From positions 12,958,001 to 13,022,000 of the forward strand of contig CP075492.1 of assembly GCA_021613535.1 (NCBI GenBank): a stretch of 64,000 nt of DNA. The letters run 5' to 3'. Positions 39,607-53,100 of the stretch are shown here, in pieces. The first letter of the stretch is position 1, and every line of letters begins with the position of its first letter. The stretch is from Adineta vaga. Lineage: Eukaryota; Animalia; Rotifera. A program made the translations under genes and the position numbers. The notes beneath the pieces were generated by a model. It was given only the letters and a program-made list of their open reading frames with translations, had not been told where the DNA came from and searched no databases.

Positions 39607-41361
39607 TTAGGTAAAAATAAAGAGAAGTATGCTTGCAGTTATTATGATAATAAATGTAAATGGACTAAATGAATATGCTTCATTAAATTTTGGATGTGGA
39701 TTTGTCGTCGTTGTTGCTGGTCTATTCGAGGGCGAACATCCATTTCTGTTTTTATAAGCACCCCAACATGCTGCATAAGCCATTTTATGTGCTATCGTAT
39801 GTTGTTCCATTGTTCCAATAAATAAATGACTCCAAGGTCCATGAGCAAATACAGGTACATCCTCACCTCCATGTGTTTCATATTCCACTGGTACAGCTGC
39901 TGGTGATAAATATTTTGATGAATTCGTATCTAATGAAGCTAAATAAGTTGCATTACGAGGTGCAGGAAAATTGGGTCCATTTCCATAATTAATGATTGTA
40001 ATAGGGGAATGATCAATTTCACTAACATTTAATGTATTAGATGTAGCAAAACCTAAAATATTCGATCCACGCCATGAATATCCTCCAAATGTAAATACAT
40101 GTGAGTGATCAGCAGTAACTACCATTAATGTATCATCCAATACACCTTTTTCTTTTAAAGTTTGTTTTGCTTGACCAATAGCATTATCAAATTCGACAAA
40201 TTCATCTAATGCATATCGTGCTTTCGTCAAATGATGTCCATGATCAATTTTTCCACCTTCAATTAAAAGAAAAAATCCATCTTTTGACATCGTTAAAAAA
40301 TGTTCGATTGCAAATTTTGTCAATTCAGATAAAGTTGGTTCGTCGCTTTGATTCTGTTTTCGATCACTTTCAAATAATAAATGATTATCTTCAAATAACC
40401 CTAATAATGGTTTTGGTGTACCTAAAACAATTTTATTCAGTTGATTCTTATTCCAAATATATTCTCCTTTCCAGAGTTCATCAATTAACGATCGATTGTC
40501 TGTACGAACACCTTTATTATTATAGTTTTCAATGTCATTAACGGTATTTGGATAGAATGATCGACGACCACCACCAAAGATTAAATCTATAGCTGGTTTA
40601 CGCGAAACAAGTTGATAGGCAATATCGATGCAACCTTGTTGTGTTTCATTTGCACCAAAATATTTCGAATCATAACCTTCCCAATCACGATCAGCTACAT
40701 GAGCATACGCAGCAGCAGGTGTTGCATGAGTTATACGCGTCGTTGTTATAATTCCAACTTTTTTACCGGCTTGTTGAGCCCAATCAAGAATACTTGTCAC
40801 ATTCGAACCCTTTGAACTTGTACAATTTCCACGTGTAGTACGTCCATCAACACCAATTGTTCCGGATTGAGCTTTTACACCACATAAATAAGCAGTAGCT
40901 GTTGCTGCTGAATCTGGTGTTTGAGCATCGATATTATATCTAAATAACGATGATCAGTAAGGAAACTAAAGATTGAACTACTAAACATACGTTTTTGCTA
41001 ATCCTAAATGTTGAAATTGTTCCATTTCAGTAACAAAATCTTCACCCATTTGTCCATTAACTTGTCCTTTTCGAATCCTACCAGCTGTAACAGTTGATAA
41101 ACCCATACCATCACCCACAAATAAAATAACATTTTTCGCTAGTCGTGTATTATCACGACGTTGTAATAATTCAGCAATTGATAAACGTGCTTGTTCATTC
41201 CAAAATGCTCCATTCTTTTCTATTGACCAATCAGTTCGACCAGCAATCACAGGAGAATTATTAATGAGAAGAAATAATAAAAGTCCTAGTGATAAAGAAA
41301 ATACTTGTCTCAGTGTTTGAAATCATTACTCCTTACCTTGCAATTGAATTATATATACCAT
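39607..41361 (-). CDS. Alkaline phosphatase, secreted, probably GPI-anchored; 3 exons
   Basis: Signal peptide MVYIIQLQGLLLFLLINNSPVIA; NVILFVGDGMG; active-site QTPDSAATATAYLCGVK; THATPAAAYAH; EGGKIDHGHH; VTADHSH; ETHGGEDV; hydrophobic C-terminal tail. Confidence 0.93.
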
Positions 41362-41933
41362 TGAAGTTTTCATAAGAACTCACTTTCACATATTAAGCAA
41401 AAGTGATTTTGTAAATGAGTTTTATTTGCTCGATGTTATCTATTTTATCTCGTTTGTATTTGAATGGCAGGCATCAAGGTTACGCATAGCTAAATGATTG
41501 ATTTTTTTAATTTTAATGTCATTGTCGATTATAGGACCGTGCGTGTTCTTTACATTTGATAATTATTTGTTTTTTTTCTTACGAACAAAGAAAAGTAGTA
41601 ATGTTATCATGACCGATTGATATTTTTCATAAGTTTTAACAATAGATCGAAATCTAATTGTATATCTGAGATAGATGTTGTCATTTAATTCTATTCTTTT
41701 TCATTTTAAGATATTTTACTAGCAGGAAAAGAAAAGTGCGACCTCTCTTTTCCGTCTTAGGCGACTAATTTTCTTCTATAAAGTTTAACGGGAGGCTATA
41801 ACATGGGAAAACAATTGCATAATGATACTTTTTTACTTTCCTTTTGTTATAGTAACTATAGATGCTTTATCAAACAATTTAAATATTCTCTTCATTCTAT
41901 TTACATTGTTTTTCCAACTTCAATAATGAAATA

Positions 41934-44900
41934 ATGACAAAAAATGATTATAAACTTAGACTAGTATATTAATATCTTTTCTAATCATTGTTCATTTGTA
42001 ATTTCAATTCATTTAGTTCTCTGGAAAACGTGATAAAGATTGGACACTTACCATTCATGAAGAGCTGAATATTCGACGACGAACATGTACGACATTTATT
42101 CCTGCTAGACCAATAACAGGTGATCGGTAGGTCATTTTGTCGAATTTTGAAGATTGGAACATGAATTTTTTTTTCTTCAGGCAAAGTAGAAGCGATATAC
42201 GATGTGGTTGTAAACGTCTTCATCGTGAACATTCCTGGGATATTGTTGATGGTAATGAAACTGTATGGGATAGAAGTAAACATACAAAATCAGCATATAA
42301 CAATGCTTTCGGATATCTTCCTAATACTCATACGCATTATACGTTGTGATATTGAAACAGAACCAAGTATTCTTACGAAATTTGTATTTGAAACGTGGAA
42401 AATCAAACCTCCTCGTTTAATCATGTCAATTGTGGGTGGTGCGAAATATTTCAAATTGAACGAACGATTAGAAAGAGAATTTATCAAAGGTATTATTCAA
42501 GCCGCATTAAAAGCAGGTAAAACACTTCTCTTGATCGATATTTTCCATTTGTTTTTTTTGGAAAACTAGATGGATGGATTATTACTACGGGATTTAAAAC
42601 AGGTGTTGTTCAATTAGTTGGTGAAGCTATTCATGATCATAAAGTCACTAATCCTCGAAGTCATATCACAGCTATTGGATGTTCAAAATGGGGAGCAACT
42701 CGAAATCGTGATGCATTAATCATAGTAAATAGATTTGAAGAGAAAGATTTTGTAATACCTAAAAATATTTTTTCGTTGATTAGAAAAAACCATCGACAAA
42801 TCATTATGTTGATACATCAACAAAAAATGATAAAGGTCAACAAGATCTTGAACCTAATCATACACATTTTCTTCTTCTTGATGATGGTACTTATTATGGA
42901 TATGAAATGGGAGATTATCGAACACGATTTGTTAATGAAATTTCAAAATATCGTGATGCTAATGGTACAAAATATACATCATTTTCGTTTCTCATCCCTT
43001 TCTATTCGTTTTGTTTTCTTAGTTCCAAACGTTACAATCGTTGTCGAAGGGGGTCCAGATACATTATCAACAATTTATAATGATCTTTATAATGGTATAC
43101 CAGTGGTGTTGATTGATGTAAGAATATTATTTATGAAATAAAATTTATAATGGTTGATTTTATCTTATTTAGGGAAGTGGTCGAGTACCGAATCTGCTCG
43201 CGAATTTTTTGACGCGTACACAAGGAATAATGACTAAAAAAGACGATGATTCGACCAATTGGGAAGAAATAATTGATATTGAAAATAGTGAAAAGTAAAC
43301 TTTTAGTTTTAATCAACTCTATTTTTTAAAGTTCATTTTTTTTGTAGATTAAGAAATTTCTTTCATCGTTACGAAGAAGAAATCCGTCTTGGTTTAAAAG
43401 ATATTTCCAAAGGATCGAAAACATCAGATGAAACAATCGATAAATTATTCAAATATTTTCTCTTCTGTTTACAACCAGCTATTCGATGTAAAATACAAAT
43501 CTATAGTCTTGATAGTGATCATGATCTTGATGATACGATCTTTGAAGCTATTATTCAAAGTATACATTTTCAACGAATCATTTTTCTGATTGCCTATTTG
43601 CTTTTTATTATAGCAAAACAAAAAGAAAGTTCAAAATCGCAAGCAGGACTTCATCGTGAACAATTACTACAACTTGCATTAGCATGGGATGCAATTGAAG
43701 TTGCAAAAGAACATATTATTAAAGACGATTTAAATGATCTTTCAGTAAAAATCAAACGAATTCTTTTTGTTAATATCTTTGAATTGATGATCACTGTTTT
43801 AGATTGAAACAAAAGAAAAGTTATTCTTCGAAGCATTGATTCTTGATCGGCCACAATTTGTTCATATATTTATTAAATTAAACTTTAATTTACGTGACAT
43901 GTTTTATGAACAACAAACAAATAATCCATGGAAATTAAAATGGGATAAATTAGCCAAATTATACAATGATAATGAAACAAAAAAAGTACCAAATGAAATG
44001 ATTTCAATTTTTTAATGTTAAACAAATGTTTAACTTTTTATTTTTAGAAAGAACGTTTGTATTTATTTGAAAAATGTCTTGGAAAACATCAAATCGAGTC
44101 TGAACATGATTTAGATCGTGTTTTACGTAAATTAATCGGTGATTATATGAAACCAATTTATACACATGATAATTTAAGTCTTTTTGAACAATTAAAAACA
44201 TGTTTTCAACGTAAAAAAAGAGCTCGTGTTGGTGATAGTCGAGCAAGTTTATATCGAAATAATGATTCAGAAGTACCAGATCCTGAAGATGCTCAAAAAG
44301 AAGTTCGAGAACTTGTCTTTCGTGATCTTTTCATATGGTCTGTATTAACTAATCGAATTGAAATTTCCAAGATATTATTAAGTCATATGGAAACAAGAAT
44401 ATGTCCATTATTAATTGCATCAAAAATCTTTCGATCCTATTTACGTTTTGCGTCGGATAATGAATCTAAAGATCTACTTTCATCTCAAATCAAACAATTT
44501 GAAGAATATGCATATGAATGTTTAAAATCTTGTTATAATTATGATGAAGAAAAAGCTTGTGAAATAGCTATTCGAAGAATTGATATCTATGGTGGTGTTT
44601 CCTGTCTTCAGGTTGCTGTTGATGCTGATGATAAAAATTTCGTTGGACAACCATGTTGTGATCAATTATTGAATAATATTTGGTATGATAAGATCGTCCC
44701 ATTTCGATCAACATTATCAGAACAAATACGATTGATATTAGCTATTTGTACATTTGGTTTATTTGCACAATTTCTAATTTCATTTCGAACTGAACAAGAT
44801 TCATCGGAAGCTTATTTTGATGAAAATAATCCAAATGATGAATTGAAAATTAATGAAGGAGAAGAAAAACGAGAAACTAAACCATTGAAAACAAAACGGT

Positions 44901-46764
44901 ATGTTTCGATTTTGTATTAGTTCAAAAAAAAACACATCTGAATTTTTCAAATAGATTACATGATTATGGTATAAATTATTCGGACAATTCTATATGGCGA
45001 TCGAATAAATATTCTCAACCATATTTAACTTATCTTTATCATTTAAAACATTTTCACGAATCACCAATTGTTAAATATTCATATAATACTGCTAGTTATA
45101 TTATCTTTCTTCTCTTATTTTCCTATTGTCTTCTATTCAATTTTCATTTACCAACAGATGATATACCAAGTATTCATTGGACAGAACTATTAGTCATTAT
45201 TATAGTTACGACAATGCTTTTCGAAGAAATCCGACAAGTAAGAATTGAATTTATGTTAAGAAAACGTGAATTTCATTGGCAAATGTTTTGTAGTTTCTTT
45301 GTCAAGATAATCGTTCATTGATTGGCAAATTATCAAATACATTTATCACTAATCCATTCTATAATATCATTCGTGTTATATCGTATCTTTTATTTTATAT
45401 TGGTCTGATTCTTCGTTTTACAAATACATCGAGTGAAGATGATTTTTCTGCTGCAAAAATTATTCTTGCATATGATTTAGAAATTTGGTTTATTCGTTCA
45501 TTAACATTTCTTGGTATTGCACAAAAAATGGGACCAAAACTTGTCATGATTCGTCGAATGGTAGATTTTCAATCATTTATTCATTTCTTCTTCTTTTGAT
45601 CTGATTTCTTCTAGATTATCGATCTATTTTTCTTTATTTATATTATTCTAATCGCAATGATTGCATATGGTGTAGCTTCACGAACAATGTACACTTATAA
45701 TGATCAAACATTATCCTTTGATGTTCGATCAATTGCTCGAAATATCATCTATCCAGCATATTATTTAATGTATGGAAACGTTGATAATGAATTAGCAGCA
45801 CTTGATGGTAAAAGAAAACTTTTCGTATTGATTCGGTAGAACAACATTTTTTTTTATCTTGTAGTAAATTCTGGTAGTGGAACAGCAATTGCTACACATA
45901 TTCTATTAGCTTTTCATATGTTATTTGTGAATATTCTATTGATTAATCTTCTTATTGCAATGTTTAGGTAAGATAAATGAAAAAAATTTCTATGATTATC
46001 AATATTTTTCGATTTTTCTGTAGTTTTACATTTGATTCTGTACAAACACAAACAGATCTTGTTTGGCGTTATGAAAGATATTCTTTAATACGAGAATATT
46101 TCGATCGACCACCATTATTTCCTCCATTGATTATCATTACACATATGATTGAACTAGTGAAACTTATCTGTCGATATTCAAGAAAAAAGTCGACTAAAAC
46201 TCAAACAAAAACATTCAGTAGGAAATGAAAATAATTCGAAATAATGTATGTTTAAATTTTCGCTTTTAGAAATGATTGGAGCACATCGAGATATTGATAA
46301 AGATTGGTCAGAATTTGAAAGTTATGCAACAAATCTTTACGCACGATCGTTATTAACAGATCAACCATCAAGTACTTCAACTCTCGTACCATCTAAAGTA
46401 CGACAAGAACAACAGTCGTCATCGGATACAAAAAATTCTAACTTACCAAGCCAAACGAATACGGGTTATGTAGATTTAAAAGTCGTTACTGATGATATGG
46501 CATCGGTGCGGAAAACAATTTTAGATCTTCGTATTTGTGCAGAAGAAGTAAGTGGATTGGAAATAATATATTGGTTTAATTTGATTGCCTCTTTTTAGAT
46601 GAATAGATGTATGAGTTGGATGATAGATGCAATGGAACGTGTAAAAATGTCCAAAGAACCGAAACCATATATAAAAGCAGCAACTACAACAAATAGTAAG
46701 AGTATGTTTTTCTTACATTGAAGTTTGTCAATTTCTTTTCATAGATACTAAACCATCTAATTAG
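41934..46764 (+). CDS. TRPM-family cation channel (MHR1-4, 6TM, TRP helix, coiled coil); no C-terminal NUDT9-H or kinase domain
   Basis: CGCKRL..HS; PRLIMSIVGGAKYF; WIITTGFKTGVVQLVGEA; LEPNHTHFLLLDDG; VEGGPDTL..GSGR; QLQLALAWD-like; RDLFIWSVLTNR; MGPKLVMIRRM; FVNILLINLLIAMF; TRP box WRYERY; TAG 46762-46764. Start inferred from a phase-0 exon MTKNDYKLRL. Confidence 0.9.
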
Positions 46765-46928
46765 CGAACAAATTTGTGATAAATGTCTACAATCAATTGA
46801 TTGATATCCGATACATAGATGAAGCTGGTCATTTATATGAAAAATAAAATGATATTTGAATTACAGAAAAATAAATAGAAAATAAAAATCTTGTAGTTTT
46901 ATGACATTTTTTTAGAAGTCTTGGTATA

Positions 46929-49370
46929 TTAGACCTTTTCATGTTTGATTTTTTCCCTTGTGATGTCTAGTCGTATAGGTAGGATAGGTAGAATTCGATC
47001 CCTCTGTTGTTGTTGATTGTTCGGAAGTATACGGATGCGAGTTTGTCGTTCTAGGAAGCACATCAATGTTATTGTAAGAGCTGTTGCCATAAACACTTTG
47101 TTGTGACAAATCTTCGATATTTCCATTATAATTTCGGCTGTCGAGAATCCATATATTATGTTAGATTGATCTTCTATTTGGCTTTTGGAAGTTGTCGAAG
47201 AAGCGTATTTACTATGATGTTTCGAACGACGTCTTCTTTCGGATGGTTGAGCAGTAGCAGCTATATGCTCATCCGTTGGATAGTCGAGTAACACATTGTG
47301 TCCTGTTGTTTTAAATGACACTGGAGGACGTTCGAGCGCTGGATCGTTCTTTATGGATCTGTGATTAGTAACGAACGATTTTGCTTTTTCATTCGGTTGA
47401 TTAGATAAACTTTGAGTCGCATTTCGCTCTACTGGCGCAGAATATTCATCGGTCGAAAACATAAGTATAGTTTTCTGCACTTGTGATAAATCACGATCAT
47501 TTCTATGAACTTTACTCTCACGTGATTGTGTATGAGATACTAGTGGTTCTGAGAAAGTAGTATTGGAGTTTGATTTTGTTCTCGATAAAGGTACGGCATG
47601 ATATGCTGCAGCCATTTGATATTGATCTACGTTAGGCATATTCTTCTCGAATTCACTTGCTGATTGCTGACTCGTAGTTTGAGTTAACTGTTTCAGTGGT
47701 TGTTTCTTTGAGCCAAGTGAAGAAATGGCATGAGCTGATACTTGACGTATTCGCTTATTTTCTATTGGAGCTTCGAACTGTTCAGATAAGTTAACTACAG
47801 GACTAGAATCTTCGACTTGTATAGGATATATATTTATATGTGGTTCATGTGTAGAAAAATCGCCACTTCTTGTCTTAGATAACAGTTGAAAAGATAAAGC
47901 GTTATTTGGTCGCCATAAAACTCCTTCATATGTAATCCATCTACTCAAGTTAAATATGAATTCTTTTCCATATATTTCTTTAACCCATTTTTTTGGTAGT
48001 TTCTTAAATCCATAATAAGCACCAGCTAACTGTCCATAGATAGCAGCTGTTGTATCAGTATCATCACCTAAATTAACAGCCTTGCATGCACCGTCCGTAA
48101 ATGAATTACCATCTGCCCAAAAGGCCCATAATGCTGCTTCGAGAGCATTTACAATGTATCCTTTACCTCGTATTCCATCGTCGTAACCACCTGGTTTCTT
48201 ATAAGATCCATCTGCAATTCTTTGTATGTCAGGACATAATTCTTGTGTGCCAAACCACGAACGATATTTTGAATAAAAATTTCCATCGAGAATCTCATCT
48301 TTTGAACGTCCTTGGAGAGCAGCAACAATCAAAGCAGCATAAAATCGACATGCATCATAAGCTTTTATGTCACCATGCGTAATCTTTCCACTACGACCTG
48401 AATATTCAACTGCATATTCTGGATATTGAGAGAAGAATAGAGGTACTGGTGCGAGTCGCATAAGAGCACCATTACCAGCAACTTGAGGACAACTGCAATA
48501 TACGTCAAATGCGTTAAGTAATTTCGGATCAGAAATTGAATCCATTTCTTTATAATCAACGTGATTTTGTTGTGCAAATGTTCTTTGACGATGATCAAAT
48601 TTATCTAGCGATTCTCGAGTTGCTTGACCAATGTCAAAACATTGTCCAGTCGATGACATATATCCTAATTTATACCACCATTTATATCGAACTAATTGAT
48701 TATATAAATTGAAATCCCTTTCAGCTACTAATGAATTAGCTAAACATAATGCCATTGAAGTATCGTCAGTGAACTAAATAAACGTATATGATCAAAAGCT
48801 ATTCAAGTATGAACTTAGATATAGAATATAATTTTTCTTCAAACTAATTTCTGAATTACTAAATCTGCCTATTATTGATGAAATGATGTTAGAAATTATG
48901 CATACGTATCTGAGTTATTAGTTTCGTTTGAAAGAGATTTTCATCTTTTTTTCTTTTAAATGAAAAAAATGCAAATGTACCTGCCCCTTTCGAAGACCCC
49001 ATGTTCCACCACCTTGAAGATCATGTATAGGTTTTTCAAGTAGATATTCTCGTGGTCGAAATTCAACACATGCTCCAAGAGCATCACCAATAGTCATTCC
49101 TATCATTGATCCTTGAATTCTATCTAATAGTTCAAGATTGATTGGACCACTTGGTTCTAACATTTCAGTTTGTAGATCTTCCGGTTTCTTTATCAATGTT
49201 TTGTCAGAATCATGATATTTCAACTCAAGCCATGGTTTCTTCTCGACATAGTCTATCAATGTATACGCAGTAAAAATGAATATCTAAATTTATGATGTAT
49301 TGAAATATATCTCACTTGTTGTCGAATATTCTTCTGTTGAATGATGTTGTTGATGTCGTTCTAGAACAAG
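46929..49370 (-). CDS. ADP-ribosylglycohydrolase (DraG/ARH family) with a long low-complexity C-terminal tail; 5' end not resolved
   Basis: GMTIGDALG; GGGTWGLRKGQ|FTDDTSMALCLANSL (intron 48774-48980); GYMSSTGQCFDIG; GNGALMRLAPV; THG; NLGDDTDTTAAIYGQLAGAYYG. The Mg-binding TDD and DTD motifs are intact. Confidence 0.9.
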
Positions 49371-51602
49371 TCAATAACAATATTCAATGATAATAAAGTG
49401 TGCTCGTTTGTTATTATACAGGTGACGAAAAAAGAACGAACAAAATAAAAGCAAAAAAAGAATGCGATAAACAACTAGTTTTGCTTATATAAGATCGATG
49501 AATAGTTTATGTTACATGTTTGGAAAATATTTGATTGTATTCTGAAACTAATAGAACTTTCTTTGAAAGAATCTATTAGTTCTTATAAACTTATTTATTT
49601 GTTCACGAGTGAAAAGATAATTGTTGTATAGTAATGAAAAGTTTTCATGTTAATCATATTCGGAGTTATTCATTAGAATTGAAGTATGTATTATGCAATC
49701 AGTACTAATGAGTATTAACTTACTTTGTGAAATATTTTGTTTCACTCGATTCACAATCTTTCGCCAACTCATGGTAAATTTGAATTTTTAATGAACGACA
49801 GTCGTTTTCTTTTACCTTCTTGTCGCCAAATAAATATCGCCAGATATGAAATCAAATTTTTCAACATTCTTCGCATCGTGACACATGATGTTTTACATTC
49901 ACCCTACCTTCTTTTTTCTTTCTTTCTTTCTTTCGATCATAATATTGACAACCACGCAAATAAATATAGTTGTACTAGTACGCAGTAAAGTTTTTGTGCA
50001 AGTTGTAGAAGAGAAACAAATGTATTATTAAAATACGACACTTCTTTTATACATTCATTGAAAAACATAAGTGCCTGTAGAATGTCACATCTTTTCAAAA
50101 TAATAAATTCATCGAGTCGCATGATTTTTTATTCTCTGATCAAATAATATTTACAATTTTGGTCTTGAAATCCCGATAAACAATGACGGTATATCGTTTT
50201 TTCTTAGTATTTCATAATCCTTATTGACACTTGTATGTGGACTTTTTATTATTTTGAATTGAAGCATGAGAACTTCCGTAATTTGCATACTTCTCTTCAT
50301 TCTACATGGAAGAAATGTGTTACATGTTCTACAGATAAAATATCATTTTTTAAAATATAGTAAAACAAAAAAATTCACAATTATATTTACTAAATTCTCT
50401 GAAATATCGATGCAAACAATTTAATAGCATTGGTATTAATCATAAGTTCGTTGTCGATTGAATTTGACGTTTATTTTCAGATAAATCCTACTGTATTTGC
50501 TATATACAGTGAATTAATATTATCTATAGAAGAATATGAACAAATATTCATTCGCAAACATTTTAATGATTACATTGTTCAATATTGATTTGTTTTGGTT
50601 TCGAGAATCAACGATAGTTCGATCTGTATGACAACTAAATCTTCATGTTTGAAATGAGTTACAATTGATGAAAGATTAGGAAATCTTCGACTGTTTTAAT
50701 TTTATTATTCTGAAATTTTTCTCAGAAACTGATGTAATTGTATTTGATACATCGTAATAACCAAGTAAAGTGCATCAATTCATTCTTCATTTACAAGACT
50801 ATTCTTATGCAGTATTTTATTTATTGAAAAAAAGACAATCGATAATTTAAGAACTTTCAAGTAAAAAATTAGATATTTATATGTTTAATATTTCTAAATT
50901 TGACCTAAAAATCGAGATTTATTAAACATAGTCTTAAACAATTATTTTCTTTTATCCCAATTAGTATAATAATGACGAGTATTTTTAAGTAATTAATTTA
51001 TTCGATCATTCCTTGATTGTTATATTTCCATTCTCTTATTTCTTATTCTACCTTGATATGATAATTGCGTATAAAAATGTACATGCATATATCGAACGTA
51101 CAAATTTTTATTCATTGATATGAATCTTAAAGAAAATTTCAAGGAAATGACTTTTTTTTTCTTCATTCTTTCTTTATACATTGTTTGTATTCATCGAGGG
51201 TGTGAAAGACCTTCAATTGTATTTCATCAGATGATATGAACTACACATATATGTTCATCATCGTTCTTCTTTTCTGCTTTCTAACTGTATATGAACAATC
51301 GATCGATCAATAAAAATATTGAGCTACCATCTAATTGAAGAAAACCTCCTGTCACAGATCGAACAAGTGTCCTTATTGTTTTATGTATAGAAGAAAAATT
51401 GCCCCTCTTTTTTTTGTTCACACTTAATTTGTCTGTTTGCAAATTTCCAACCTTCTCTCTCTCTCTTTCTGACTCTCTTACTATATATGTAGACATATAG
51501 CCATGAATTACATACAAGTAATTTTCTTCTTTTTCTTGTGTCTAGTGCATTTCGTTGTATAGATTGACATGGAATAATTGGACATTTTCGTAAGGTTCTA
51601 TC

Positions 51603-53100
51603 ATGAATACATATCGAAATGTATCATCACCATTTTGTTCAACTCCTGTCTCTTTTTCCGAAATGCATCCTGTTGGTCAATCACAACAGCAACAACAATC
51701 ACCACAACATTATAGTTTATTAAATTTAAATTGTTCACCACGAATTGGATCAATAACTCCAACATTAAATCATAGTCCTAATCCGAATGCTGTAAATCAA
51801 AGTGTATGCAAACGAAAAGATATATCTCAACTTCAACAAACCTTTCTAGAGAATCTCTATAAAACTGTTGCACTTCGAGAAAAGAATACAAATCAAATAC
51901 ATGAAATACGAAAAACTCGAAAACGTTTATCCGATTCACTTCTCATTCAACAAACACAATTATCATTAATTGGTACTCTTCATTCACACTTACAACAACA
52001 ACAATTACAACAACAAATCCAACAGCAACAACAACATATTCCAAATAGTTTAACGTATCAACCTGATCAAAATACTAATGTCAATAGTAACAATAACAAT
52101 AACAATAATAATAATAATAATAATAATAACAACAATATTAATAATAATAATAATAATAATACAACATTTATGCGTCGTCGTTCAGCACGATTTCATAAAG
52201 TACCAGCAATTCTTCAAACAATCTATCAAGGAACATCTTTGCTAACTGCAAATGAACCACAAAAAGTCTTTGTTGTTCGTCATGGTGAACGTGTTGATTC
52301 CACATTTGGTGCTAATTGGCTCGATCAAGTTTTCGATAAGACAACAGGTGTTTATCAACGATTTAATTTAAATTTACCAAAGAAAATGGTCACACGAAAA
52401 GATATCAAAGATTTCCTTTTTGATCCTCCATTAACTGAATTAGGTTTATATGAATGCCAACAAGTTGGTGAAGAACTTGCTGCACAAGGTGTAAAAATTT
52501 CTCATGTTTATTCCTCGCCAGCATTACGTTGTATTCAAACTGCTGATAAAATTCTTGAAGGTCTTCAAATGAAGGAAAGAATACCAATACGTGTTGAACC
52601 ATGTCTTTTTGAATTTCTCAAATGGTATCCTGTTGTTCCGGTGAAATGGCCATTTCTTGCTGTTGAAGAATTAATTCAAAATGGTTATAATGTTGATGAA
52701 TCTTATCTTCCATTCTATCCAATTGAATCACTTCGAAAAGATGAAGATGAACTTATGTTCTATACAAGAAGTCATTTTATAACAACATCTATTTTAAAAA
52801 ATCATGAAATTCAAGAAGGAAATATACTTCTCATTGGACATGTAAGTATTCGATAGGAATGCAATCTTATCTAAATATTGCGAAATATTTTAGGCATCAA
52901 CAATTGAAGTTTGTACGCGACAATTAATTGGTGGTCAACCTCGAATCAATGATTTGAAATTTCTTGTTCTACGTGTACCATTTTTATCAATGCATTGTAT
53001 TACTAAACAACTTGATGGTACATGGCGTGCAACAAAACCACCGATTTCACCAAATAAACATGCAGCAGTTGAACCATTCGATTGGAGATATTTTAAATAA
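51603..53100 (+). CDS. Histidine phosphatase (PGM superfamily, Sts/UBASH3/ecdysteroid-phosphate-phosphatase-like) with a Q/N-rich N-terminus
   Basis: VFVVRHGERVD, DPPLTELG, VYSSPALRCIQTA, NILLIGH|ASTIEVCTRQL (intron 52842-52893); TAA 53098-53100. Confidence 0.88.
52089..52160 (+). repeat. Coding (AAT/AAC)n repeat encoding poly-Asn
   Basis: Seen directly; ~24-codon Asn run interrupted by one Ile. Confidence 0.9.

Noticed and set aside
49400-51550. Short ORFs between the ARH and phosphatase genes
   Set aside because: No motifs; the region looks like a divergent promoter or intergenic DNA.
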